Assembly: GCA_028534125.1 (NCBI GenBank)
Contig: CM052817.1
Coordinates: 30,134,001-30,198,000, forward strand
Source of the DNA: Lama glama
Lineage: Eukaryota
Length of the DNA stretch: 64,000 nucleotides
Reading direction: 5' to 3'
The position numbers and the translations under genes are program-made. The notes under the pieces were generated by a model. That model searched no databases. It had not been told where the DNA came from and saw nothing but the letters and a program-made list of their open reading frames with translations. This document shows positions 27,988 to 40,812 of the stretch, piece after piece. Position 1 is the stretch's first letter. Each line of letters starts with the position of its first letter.

Positions 27988-29379
27988 TCAATGTTCACAA
28001 TCAACAAAAATAGCTTTATTGCTTAATTACTTCCTAGGTTCTCACAATCCTAAATGTTAAATGCCTAGAAGGATTATGACATTCTTATTTGGAAACTACA
28101 CCTGACCAGAGCATTTTGTTTTGCACACACTGCTCAGGAGAAATAGTTCCCCAGAAGCTATCTTAAGTGAGCTGGATTACAATAAATTGGCCATCAGTAC
28201 ATAATATAAAGTATGATTAGTATGATTACTGTTTGACACAGTCCTAAATTTGACTTTTAAACCAAATATTTCAGATGGTATTTCATAATGGTAGGGATTT
28301 AGTTTGTAGATTGTAAATAAGTGTATGGTCTCAATAAAGCCCAAAACATTATTAATTATCATAAATAAACATAATTCACATTAAATATAAAAAGCTTTAT
28401 CATTCAGTGACATGAAAATAAAAGCAAGTAGCATTCAATAATCACAAGGATTATTTCCATACAAGCTTGCCTTTAAATGTAATCAAGAAAGCTCGAAATG
28501 CTGAGATTAAACTGAATTAGACTAGAAAGTTATGTAATTTATAAACTGTAACACAATTAACTGGATTGCTCTATTAACGAGGTGATTTAGATCTTTGATT
28601 TTCAATAAGCCAAATGGCAATAGGAGAAAAGTTCAAAGAAAAAAAAATTTAAATACAGCCCTTTCCATACTCTTACAAGGAAAAAAACACAGTATTAATT
28701 TCTATCATCATGAACTAACTGAATGCTTCAACGACTAAGTGTCAAATGTGTAATTCTACACAAACAACATCATGAACTATTTTTAATATTATGCTGGACA
28801 TGAATTTGCAACCATGAAAGAGAACATAAACTAAACCTGGGACATCGTATCCACTAAGGCAAAAATAAAAAGTAACAGAATTTTGAAATAACAGAGTAGA
28901 CTTGTTTGAAATAACAGAGTCACAGAGCTTACTCTTCAAAGGACTTGAAATATAATAATCTGTGTCACAAACCTATGAGATAGGCTCTCTGTCATCATCC
29001 CCATACCTGTGTGCACTGATATAGGGAAAGGTGAAAAAATGTGCTTCGTGACCCACACTCTACAGAGTAGATAGAGCCAGGTTTTAGGACCCAAGCAACC
29101 TGACTCCGGAGCCCTCAGGATAAACAAAGCATTATATCTCAGTCCAGAATAAATGTGAAATGAAAGTGTTTTCTTATTAACTACATATTTCTATTCACCA
29201 CAATACTCTGTGTCAAAAGCATAGTTACAGTGTCCTAAATAAATATACTCACTCAACTTTATTATTTTATACACTATTTTATTCCAAAATTGGTATTCAT
29301 GAAATTTAGTTAAAAAACTTATTTGAAACTCATTTATAAAGTTAATTCTCAGCTGCCACCTGCCCTTGAACACCTGCAC

Positions 29380-29555
29380 CAGGTCTGCTTGATGGCTGTA
29401 CAACTGGTCCCATCACATAGGTCCCTGTGCTCAGAAAAACCCCGTGCCTGGTCTACTGCTCTGTTTTTACTTCTCAAAATTATTAATTGTGTTTGAATAA
29501 AGGATACTGCATCTTCATCTTGGGCTGGACCTCACAAATTATGTAGCTGGTCCTG
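29380..29555 (+). mobile_element. MER45A hAT-Tip100 MITE
   Basis: caggtctgcttgatgg...cacaaattatgtagctggtcctg matches recalled MER45A ends and length. Confidence 0.75.
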
Positions 29556-30152
29556 GATTGGAATTACCTGTGTTTTTCTCTCACACCAAATTAATCATGC
29601 TACCACATTAATTCAGTTAACACCTGGATAAAACTTAGTCATCATAGATATGGATTTAAAATTTTCCAGAGAAGAGAAATTAAAATGGTAAAGTAGTCTT
29701 CACCCAAAGGGAGGCAAATGAAATTATTCTCCTTAGTCTGGGAGTTATAACATTAGAGAAGAGAGATGATGAAAACACGTGAACATATTCCTGGTAAGGA
29801 TCTGAAGACTATCCTCTTACACACCAAATGGCAAGCAAAGAGCAATGGGGAATATCATCATTACCTAGTGGTTGCAGGGACGTGCCAAGGAAGAATCTAA
29901 AGAGAGAAAAATAAGATTACCCTAGAAGCTCTAAGTGGTAAGAGCAACACCTGAAGATGCAGAACACAGACATGCACAATTAAAGAACTGGTTTCATGGT
30001 TTATTGGCTGCATAAACATACTTGAAGAATGTATGCATTGAGAGGGATATTCTCCTGCTGTGCATATTCAGGAAAAGGAAAAATGACCCCAGCCTCAACA
30101 CTGAACGAACTCATAAAAAGGAAATTAGGAAATTTGGCAGGAAGGAGAATCC

Positions 30153-30242
30153 AGAGAGGAAAATGGAGTGTCCCCAAAACTAGAGAGGAAAACGGAGTAT
30201 CCCCAAAACTAGAGAGGAAAATGGAGTGTCCCCAGAACTAGA
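30153..30242. repeat. 29-bp minisatellite, 3.1 copies (agagaggaaaatggagtgtccccaaaact)
   Basis: Units at 30153, 30182 and 30211 differ from the consensus by 0-2 bases. Confidence 0.95.
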
Positions 30243-30944
30243 CATCTGAGTGTTACAAAGGCAGTTTACATCCCTCTGAAGAAGTGAGTCACAGACTGTC
30301 ACTGAGGCTGAGAGAGCGAGTCATCTGAGAGGTCTGGAATAGTTACTGAATTCAGAGATCTGGGAGCCATCAGTGAAACAAAAAATGTGTTCAGAAGCCA
30401 GCGTGGAGGAAGAGAAGGAGAAAAGAGGAAAAGGCCAAAGTGATTTTAAATAAGACTTGAGGAGTTTAATTCAAAAGGGGAAGAGGGCTCCAGCCACAGG
30501 GGAAGGTAGGGAAAAAGAGACAATTTTTTGGTTGCTTGTTTAAGGGGGAAGATAGTTAAGGATCTGGCAATGCCAATGGGAGGGGTGAAGGGAGAGAGGC
30601 AGAAGCTGAATATTCAGGTGAGAGGAGATCGATGACAGAGGAATATTCCTGAGTCAGCAGGTAGTGCAGTCAGTAAAGGAGACTGAAGATACTTACACGG
30701 AGGAGAGCAGAAGGAGGGGATAACTTTAAATACGTCAGGGTGACAAGACAGAGTGTTGAAACAATGGAAGGAGGTGTTTAGGTTTATTGGCAAGAAAGTT
30801 AAGAAGGTTCTCAGAGAGGAGAGAAATGCTGAGTTACGTGTAGAATTATCTATGCATCTTTCTTATTATAATCGATGACGATTCCAAATGGAAACTTTGA
30901 TCGTTTAAATCATTATATCAATGACATATAAAATAGTGCATATC

Positions 30945-31383
30945 CATAGGCCACCGTGGCATCTGCTGCTAGTTCTCTGTCCGTATTCCCTGGGCAATCA
31001 TAATTCCTCTACACATTGTGGCATTCTGCGGCATGCACCTATGATTCTCTGCACGGGGGCTTTTCCTGGCTGTGCAGGCAAGACCTGAAGTGCAGAGAAG
31101 CCTGTGCACAGACTACGGGAGTTGGGGAAAATATAACTCAGCTTTCTCTCCCTCTCACTGGAGACAACTCTAAGGCATGTTCTACACCCTTTCCCAGATG
31201 ACTTCAGTGGGACTGAACCCCAGCTGTCCTCAGCAGTACACTGCTCATTGTAGTACCATGCTTTGGCTGTCCTCCCCTCCCTGTAACACTTTGCCCCTCA
31301 CCTCCGCCAGGGCCTCCTGATATCACATCCCAAGTGACTGCATATCTTAGAATCTGCTTCTGAGAGAAAGCAAATCAACTACA
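30945..31383 (+). mobile_element. LTR16-like ERVL solo LTR
   Basis: acaactctaaggcatgttctacac...gtgggactgaaccccagctg...ctgcttctg motifs. Confidence 0.65.
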
Positions 31384-34300
31384 AACATCCTTACTTACCC
31401 TAAGAAAAGGAAATGATAATAAATAAGGGCTCAGGAAAGATATCAATTGTATTCAAAGATATTAAATTAATTGGAGCTAACCATCCAAGCAAGAAGCTAG
31501 ACTGTCTTCACCCCTGTAATTTGCACATTAGTAGTAATACTAATAAGAGCATGAACTCGCAATACGGAGAGTAAAATCAAACCGTCGATGATATCCCTGC
31601 AAGAAGATAAGGATGCTAATAATTTTGCTCACCGTGTATCATAAATAGAGTGTCATGCACATATTTTAAAACAAGTTAGTCATTGCTGTGTTTTGCTTTA
31701 CTCTCTCAGCAATAACAAAGACATTTTGTTTCCTGGGATGATTCCCATAAAACCTACATGTACCATTTGTCATCAGTCAAGTTTCATTAAAGTCAACAAA
31801 TACTTAAGTGACTTGTGTGGATATGACAGTGTTTCCTACTAAGAGTTGAAAACTTTGAATTTGATAATTTGTCACCATTCTACCACAAAGAAGTTGCTGC
31901 TCCTCAGTCTGTATCTTTCACCCACTAGACACTCAAACACATGTTTGATAAATATAGTTCCCCAAAAATCAGGAAGAATTAAGAAAAATAATAAAACCAG
32001 TGTGAACTGTGTTTTCCTACCATCATTTTTCATTATAGTTCTAATTTTTTGGTCTTTGATGACATGAAACATATACTGAATATATGAAATTTCCTCTCAA
32101 GGTAAGATTCCTTGATGTATTTTTTTTTATTTTGAACCTTTATATATTGTTTGTTCTTGTAGTTGTATTTATTTACTTTGATTTTTCCTGCTAATTAAAA
32201 TGCATTGACTTAAAAAGTATAGCCCATTTTGGGAATCCCAAACAAGGGTCATGAAAACTTGTACTTTTATGGATAAGATACAAAGTCCTCAAAGGATAAA
32301 CTAAACATATCTCATCATGTCAGTCACTGATTATGGGCTACAAATGAATCGGACTTTGACATCACTGCAGAGTCTGTTCCCAAAAGGGTTTCAGATTGTT
32401 CTGGCCTTAGAACCATCATCAGGTAGAAGATTTGTCATGCCTTCTCTCTCTTTGAAATGTCTTTCTTAAATATCTAATGATCAGCCTTCTCTGGTGAGGA
32501 AGCTGAAGACACACCTCTCTCCCCAAAGCACTGGTAAAGGCAATCAAATAGGAAAAAGAAGAGGAGACTGAATGCACATTGATTCCCCTGGATTTAGTGA
32601 AATCATTTGGTTCAATTAACAAATAGCTACTAAGGGTTTACTAAGTACAGTCCAGAGACACCCCCTGCCTGACAGACAAGGGAGAGAATGTTTCCAAAGG
32701 GAAGCTGTGTGTGGTACCAGGAGTGATTCATGTTCCTCAAGGTAATGTTTCATCAAGCGACTGCGCCATGCTCAGTTTAGGACTCTGGCAAGGGAAGGAG
32801 TGAAGATGTTCTCAAAGATCTCACTTCTACTACTACAAGTAAGATTCTCTTGTGAGGAGATTCCAGTGACCCCATCCTGTTTCAAGTTGTTAAAGATAGC
32901 ACCCAGAGCACATGGGACAAGCTAGAACACTGAGAGTTCAAAGTTCAGTCTGGGCACAGGCTATTACAAATTTAGTATTCCTGGGTCCCTTAAAAACTTG
33001 GAACTTATTACATCACCAGCCTGAAATCCTATGTTGTTCTCTGAGTTCTGTTAGTAACCAGCCTAACAACTAAGTTATGAGAATTTAAAACTAAATCTAT
33101 GCTGCTGATAAAAATTTACATTTTGCTCCCCAAATATATATTAATTTAAAAAAGGATTCTCATGTTCAATATATAATAAGGACAAGCTTTTCCCTTTTTA
33201 AGATAACGAATTATTCTATAAATCAACATAATTTGAGGATTTTAGAACACTGAGAAATACAATTCATATGTATCACTAATACTGAGGGATTGAAAAAATC
33301 CCACTATGTTCATTTAATCATAAGAAAAAGTGCATAAGTTAAAAAGTATGCTAATTAACTTTTCTTTTATGACCTTTTTGCCATCCCCACAGAACACTGC
33401 TGTCAACAGTGATATTTCTGTTTAATTTGCAAAGTAAGTTTTCAATTCTTTCTTTACTATTTTATAGAAGGAAAGCATTTAAATGTAAGAGAAGTAAAGA
33501 CTTTAAAAATACAATTTTTAATTGTAAAAATTTCAATTTCAAATTGTAAAAAATATAATTTCAAAAGCTTGTATAGGCCATGGCTTCAAACATTCAAAAT
33601 TCTGCCTCCTCTATTTCTAGTCTTAGTAAAAGACACCATCATTTTGTCAGTTGTCAAGCTTTTAATAGTCTCAGTCTGAACGTCTTACTCATACCCTGCA
33701 TTTTAATTGATCAGGGGGTTCTGTTGATTGTATTTCCTTCATTTCTCAACTTTTCCTTTCTTCTCCATCCTCACTGGTAATGCCCCCTGAAGTGGCCTCT
33801 TTTAGTTTTCCTGCCTCTAGTCTCCCAACTCATGTGATACCCTCTATGACACTGCTAACTGTAAATCAGATTATGTCTTTTCTCTGATCATTTTTTTTTC
33901 TTCAATGACTATCCTTTGCCTAAAGATCGAGTTCGAAGATCACAGCATGGCACATCAGACCCTTCATGATCTTTGTCTCGTTTCCGTCCCGATCCAATGC
34001 TGTTCGACACTGTTATAGCCATAACATACTCCATATAAAATGTCCTCTCCTGTAATCCTTGTTCTCAAAAAAATAAGCTCGGATGACAATTCCTCTTTGA
34101 AGTTGTCCTTGCCACCTGGGGTGTTTGATTAGACTTCCTGCTGGTTCCAGAAGTTTTTACTTCTCCAAATGAAATAAATTATGCTGTAACTTCTAATGCA
34201 TGAGGAGTTGTTAAATGGCTGTGTGTTGCCTCACTCTCCTCACCACTCAACAGCCCCCCAGCACGTTTTCCTACAGGAGTAACGGAGAATCACAGTTTAC

Positions 34301-35424
34301 CACAGAATGATAATCATAGTGGATGATGATCAAAGATAAATACGAAATAAACTATTATCTTTATACCTATAGATAATCTGAAATAAATTACATGTAGGAA
34401 AAGTATTATGACAGCAAACTGCCGAATGACATTCATCACATATGGAAAACATTTTAAGGTAAAGTTTTAGATTTAGATGCTAAAAGCCTAAGATCATTTC
34501 CCTTTTGTTTCAAACAGAGTTCTGTTCTCCCATTCAACAATTCAACATTTCTTGTCTACAACATTCTGAAGTTAAATGTGTGAAGAGCCTTGTTGGCACC
34601 AGTACAAACCCTTGCTATCTTTCCCTGAATCTCCTGGATCAGCTTCAAAAAGAAACTCTGTACTTATAAAATGGAGCTTATTGATATTCTAATTTGATGA
34701 CAGTATCCATTTCTTCTTAAAAATAAATTTGGCCTAAAGTATTATAAAAGGAAAAAAGAAATCACTTAAAGTAATTAACTTTATCACCCATCACTGGTTG
34801 CTGTTTCCCGACAGTCTGTGCATTGGAGAATGTTATGATTACTCTACACCTAACATGTAATTAGGGACTTTTAGAAACGTATGCATCAACCCTTAAATGC
34901 GTGTCCTAGCTGTTGAATTCCCATTGTGTGATAATAAAAGAAACTTATCCCCTACTAAGCATTTACTACTTGCATGGACTAGGTTAACTTTCTATATATT
35001 TTCAAGATGACCCTGTGAACTGTGCATGATTATATTCATTTTATCTCATCCAAATTCAGCAGTTACTAATAAGAGAGCTGTACTGAAACATTTTTGTGAT
35101 GTAAAAATCCCATGCTTATTACTATCCCAATAATAAAATGTCATTCAAAAACAACCAATGAAATGGATTTTTCACTTAGTTTAAGACTGTTTGGTATCTT
35201 GAGTAGTGCCAGTACAATCAAACCAGATGTAGAGATATATATACACATATACATACACATATATATATTTATTTATTACACACTTGTCATTTAATAACTT
35301 AACCAATCTCAAGTTATATATTTGAGATATAATAATATAGAAATAATGATAAAGAAAATGACAGTGCATTTAAATATTAGTGCTAGTTTTGCAAAACATG
35401 TTATTTAAATTTTAAGATGAAAAG

Positions 35425-35645
35425 TTTATATGCACATGTATGTGACACACATACATATCATACATATACATATAAACTTTCCATTATATCATATATATGA
35501 TGTATTATGTATATGACACATATTAATATGTATACACATCTACATATATATACATGGTATGTGTGTGTATATGTGTTATATACTGATGTGTCTATATTAT
35601 AATATGAGATATATATATGTATATATTTGTGTGTGTATACACATA
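35425..35645. repeat. (TA)n/(TG)n low-complexity tract
   Basis: Alternating purine-pyrimidine runs, seen directly. Confidence 0.85.
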
Positions 35646-36150
35646 CCAATAAATAAATTTTGGTGTTGTACTGCCCCATATGTAAGTCAAAAGCCTGTAT
35701 CACTCTGTCTTAAATATGGAACTTCTCAAGAAGGCTACATTAAAAAAGATACTGCAAAATGGATAAATAAATTTTCTTCCTTTCCTTCTTTTTTCTTCCT
35801 GTTTTTCTTCCTTCAAAAAAAACATAATTGAGTGACTGACTGTTACACTATGTAATACACTCAGGTAAAAAGAGAGCATAGTATGTAGCCATCATGGTCT
35901 TTGAGGAAAGAGAAACAAGTAATTGTTGTCCATGAAGCATGTGTAAATGATAAAAATAATCAAACATGCTAAGTTGTGGTGTGAGGAGCTAGGAGGTGGC
36001 TGATGGTCAGAAGAGAGGTGACCCTGAACTCAAAACCGAGGAGTAAGAGAAGGCTTCTCAAGCCATCCTTTTATTTATAAAATGGGCTTCTTTTTAAAAT
36101 TGTTTCCTTTTGCTCTCAGAACCTTTCCCTTCTACCATTTCAACTCATTT

Positions 36151-36780
36151 TGTGAGAGCAGGCAGATAGCTAGATATGAACAGAGAAAGGGGACACAGGC
36201 CAAATGGCAGGAACTGGGCAAAAAGGGGGGGCATGGGGCCAAATGCAGGAAACCGTACATCATGTAAACAACAGGGGTCCTTGGGCAGACAAAGCAGGAA
36301 CCTCTGGATTGATAAGCAATCACACATTTTGGTGTGACAAGTGGCCTGGAAGCTGACAAAGAAATGTGGGAAAGGGCAGGAACTTCCACTGTCCAAATGC
36401 AACCTTTTGCTCATTATGCCCTCATTTCAATAAAATTAGCCTTGCAGATTAGAAATACCCATCATGCATTGATGCCATGACACTTCCAATAAGACTAAAT
36501 AAGGACAAAAATCTTTCCTCCCTTCGGGAAGGTGGAGCTGGGATGAAAATCAGAGAATATGACCTCAAACCCCTCCCTCCCCAATGAATATTCCGCCCAT
36601 TCATTTTTACACCCTATGTAATCAACTTGCCAACTTGCTGCCGCTCCCCTGAGCCTGCCCGCTCTCCCCTTGAGAGTGTACTATCCATCCCTTAATAAAT
36701 CTTCACTTTACTTTCTTAACCTCCATGTCTCATCTCTGAATTCTTTCTGTGATGAGACAAGAACTTAATCACCAGCAACA
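36151..36780 (+). mobile_element. ERV1 (class I)-type solo LTR, 630 bp
   Basis: TG...CA termini, 4-bp TSD attt (36147-36150 and 36781-36784), AATAAA at 36694-36699, U5-like ctgaattctttctgtgatgagacaagaac. Confidence 0.85.
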
Positions 36781-38884
36781 ATTTTATTACATGGTCCCAT
36801 AGGTGAGAGCTAAAAAAAAAAAAGAGAGCTATTAACTGTAATGAATATGAATTCTTATGATAGGCCCTTTTGATGCAATTTTAGGAGACCTAGACTTTTA
36901 ATTAGGGAGGAAAAACTCAAGAAAGTAGATTACAACATAGGGTTTGGACCTCAAAGTGACTGCAGAAACGTAACAGAAGAACTTAACAGAAAAAGTCACT
37001 AGACACAAGAGACAAATGAAAGGTTAGAGAAAAACAAAGACAACTATGAAACTAAAGGGATGATAGAATTTGCTGGCGGCCTTTCAAAATAGTTTGGGAT
37101 GCTACAGCTCAGTCTGGTCAGAAGAATATTCATTTTAACTTAATTCAAGTTCCCAAACTCAGCATTCTTTATGATTCATTACATTATTTTACTTTGTTCT
37201 AGATGTATCCCTAAACCCTAAATATGCCTATATATTTTTCAAAATAATAAAATATTTTATTTTAGACATTTGCTACTAAAGGAAAAATAGAAATATGAGA
37301 AATGTTTTTTACAAACACAATTTTTAGAGTCAGAATATTTGAAAAGATATATATATGGGTAATAACACAAGACTTATGCATGAAAAACTGACCTTTCAAG
37401 GAGAGTGATTACAGACCATATTTGAAGTAAAAAGTTAAATTTACTCTTTACTAGTCTGTAGCATACCTTTAATTTCTCAGCTCTGATCATATGTCTTATA
37501 TATTTCCATGTAAATATTCATGTTGCTTTATTCATTTTATGATTTGCATTTAAATTTTATCCTTTTTCCTTCTAGGCTCTAATACACTGTTATAAACAGT
37601 TGATCTTTCCCCTGTCCTAAATTCAGTTTCTAGCACCACTTCCTATAAAGGTATTTGTTATATCAACTTGTCTGTCGATACGTTTGGGGTTTTACCAGAA
37701 AATGATTCCCACTTTGTCCATCCTTACTTGTTCCTGCCGTTCCTGGGAGGCTGTTAAACTGCTGTTTCAGCTCGCAGGCAGTTTTAAAAGGCAGCTGTGG
37801 TACAACTCTAGCTAACAGATCAAAGAGATTCACACCATGTTTGCCATCACTGAGCTCAGAATATGGGACTCTAAGCCTCTTGCTCTAAGGGCAGAGAATC
37901 ATTGACAAATGAGCCTTTATACCTCATGCAAGAAAAACATATCCAGTTTATAGTCACAGGGACAGTTAGAGCTAAATCATGGTATCCCATTTGTGCCCTG
38001 ATCCTCCTCACCCACAGCTCTCCTGTTTGAAAGGAACTGACTCCACATTTCTGAAATATAATTCCAACTGTTGGGTCTCGGTATTTTGTTTATATTGTGA
38101 CTCACCGATTATGATGGTAAAACAGAAATAGTAAGTAAGCTATATAATTTATTTTTCCATTAGTCCTCCCAGAAATAATGTTTGCTTCTTTTCTCAGTGT
38201 GAAGTTTTTATGAATCCCATCTGTAAATGTTCACAAGAATGTAAACCTAATGCAGAAATGAAATACATCATTTCCAGAAAGAACTGTGGCAGTTCTTTTA
38301 GTTCCTAAGAATCTTATCACCACATAAACGTAAAAAGGATAACTGGGATCCCCTTTAGCCCATGGGAAAAAAATTAAACAGACTTCTTAAGACTTATTGA
38401 GTCCTGTAATTTCATCCATTGTCCCTTTCCACTGACTGCACAGTACTTGTCTCTATGTGGCCAGAGGACAATGAAGCCAGATCACTATTAAGACTCATAA
38501 CAAGGGAGACCACTTTCTGCAATCAAGAAGGCTGTGGGCCTCCATATTGATTTTAGAGAATGGCCGAGGGAAAAGTGCCTGGATTAGACATTTAATGGGG
38601 GATGAATGGGCAGGGCCAGACCTAGATCAAGCTGTAAAGTGAAAAGAGTTTTTCTCTGAAAGGTCATATTATCTTTTCATGCTTTACTGTCTTCCCTGGC
38701 CAGCAGAGCTGTCCCCATACCCCTCAAAGGTTCAACAATCACTCATTCAGCATCAACTGGGTACGTATTGTTTTCACAGTGCCGTAGAGGATATACAGAA
38801 GCACAAACGAGTTCATTGTTCTTTTTTAACTGTGTAAAACAAGAAACTGCAAATTGTAAAATAACAATAATGGTTACATTTACT

Positions 38885-39760
38885 GCATTTCTTGCTGATG
38901 CTTAAGCCCAAACCTTGTAATTATCTTTGACTTTTCTTTCTCACACCCATATCCAATCACTCAGGAAACCTGTTGGTTCTATCCAAAATCCAGCCACCTG
39001 TCAAGATTGCTACTGCTACCACCTTGGTCCCGGCTGCCCCCATCTTTCCTCTGGATAACCACAATGCCCTCGTAACTGGTCTCCCAGCTTCCATCTCTGC
39101 CCTCAGACAGTCTACTTTCATTACATCACACAGTGGGGGTCTTATAAAACATGAGAAAATGGAATCATGCCATGCCTCCTCTTGGAACTCAAACTGAACT
39201 CCCCCTCTCACACAGAGTAAAAGCCAAAGCTCATATAACGGCCAACAAAGCTCTAAGTGATGTAAGCCAACCTCTCCATTACATACCTAGCTTTATCTCC
39301 CTCCATCAGTTTGGCCTCTTTGCCGTAGGCAGACTCCTACCTTAGCCTTGGAATTGACTGCAGCCCTCCACATGCTAGAATACTCTTTTCCCAACCATCC
39401 ATTTAGGTGACAGCTTCAACCTTTTTTTAAATCTGCATGGAAATGTCAACATCTCATTGAAGCCAATATTGACAACCTTATATAATTGGAAATGCTCATC
39501 TTGCCTTCAGTTTTCCTGCTACTCATCTCCCTGCTCTATTTATATTTATTTTTATTTTCTCCACAGCATTCATCACTCATACTACATAATGGATTTTACT
39601 GTGTGTATTTATTTCTGCTCCATTCACAAAGATGTAAACTTAGGGGGAGGAATCTGTTTCATTCACTCATATAATCCAATGAATTAGAACAATTGTTCAC
39701 ACATACTTGACACTCAACAGACACCTGTAAAATAAATGAACACATTCATGAAAGAATGAA
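38885..39760 (+). mobile_element. L2a 3' end
   Basis: atctttgacttttctttctcacacccatatccaatc, ctactgctaccaccttggtcc, and a terminal aataaatgaa/gaatgaa repeat. Confidence 0.8.
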
Positions 39761-39769
39761 TAAAAATAA

Positions 39770-39985
39770 CTTTTATGTAGCATGTACCACATGCCAGTGC
39801 TTTGCTAAGTACTTTGCATATATTATCTTATCTCCTCTCATAAAACTCTGAGCTAGGTATTACTCCAAATGCAGAAGCTGACATTTAGAAAATGTTATTA
39901 CTTGTCCAAGGTTACACAATCATAAGTGGCAGAGTCAGAACTGAAGCTCATTTCCAACTCTAAAACGTGGTATGCTGACCACTGT
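39770..39985 (-). mobile_element. MIR SINE
   Basis: ctaagtactttgcatatattatct...acttgtccaaggttacaca...aagtggcagagtcagaact. Confidence 0.75.
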
Positions 39986-40132
39986 GACATGTTGAAAGTA
40001 GACTATTGTTTCATGGCAAGGTTCTGCAAAATCATAAGTTCTATTATGTAGGAAAGGATTTAGGACTGGGGAGCAGAAAGTAATTGTCAAGAGCTATGCT
40101 ATTTCAGAGTTTAACCCTAATTTAGAAAGATA

Positions 40133-40812
40133 ATTATACCCAGGCCTCCCTACAAGGAAGTTTGGAATCTAAGGTACAAGTGGTCCCAGGTCTGACATAG
40201 ATGGGGCCAGACCAGATGACAGATCAAATCTGAGATAACCTGCCAAAGAGCACCCACTGGCACCAAGAGTGAGGGACGTGAAAAGGTCCTGGTGCTTCTT
40301 CAAGATGGGACCAATGGGATCTTCTTTTCAAAATAAGATACTGGCTCATAATTTCTCTAGAAAAAGGCAAGGAAAACAGAGGAAACGTGTGAATTTTAAT
40401 TTTTTTTCCTTTCACGTTATTTCATCATATCCTCATTCTCAATTCTTCCCTGAGAATTACTCCTAAATTTTTTTTAACACTTGACCTTCAGTTAGTACAA
40501 TACCCAAACCATATGGTAAATTCAGCATTTTAAAATAAAGTAGGTGACTTTTTAAAAATCATTCAAACTGCTTGTTTGGAATAATGCAAGCAAACAATCG
40601 GCTGCTCCTCGGTGGGTCTCAGTGCTTCCTCTCGAACTCAGCTGCATGTGGTCTCAAGAAGGACAATGCCAGGTCCCATCTAGTGGGTCCTTTTTGAAAC
40701 ACTATCTTGTTTCGAATTTGATCTGTCATCTGGTCTGGCCCCATCTATGTCAGACCTGCGGCCACTTGTATCTTAGTTTCCAAAATTCCTTGGGGGGAAG
40801 CCTGGTTATAAT
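40133..40812. repeat. Long inverted repeat: arms 40133-40229 and 40716-40812 (97 bp, 88/97 matching, ungapped, 43-bp perfect core) with a 486-bp spacer
   Basis: Manual reverse-complement alignment. Core caggtctgacatagatggggccagaccagatgacagatcaaat (40187-40229) is the reverse complement of 40716-40758. Confidence 0.95.

Noticed and set aside
30153..30242. CRISPR-like array (29-bp repeats)
   Set aside because: The units are head-to-tail with no spacers, in a eukaryotic context.
33781..33797. CTCF-like motif tgccccctgaagtggcc
   Set aside because: Spacing is off by two bases from the core consensus, and it lies in L2-like sequence.
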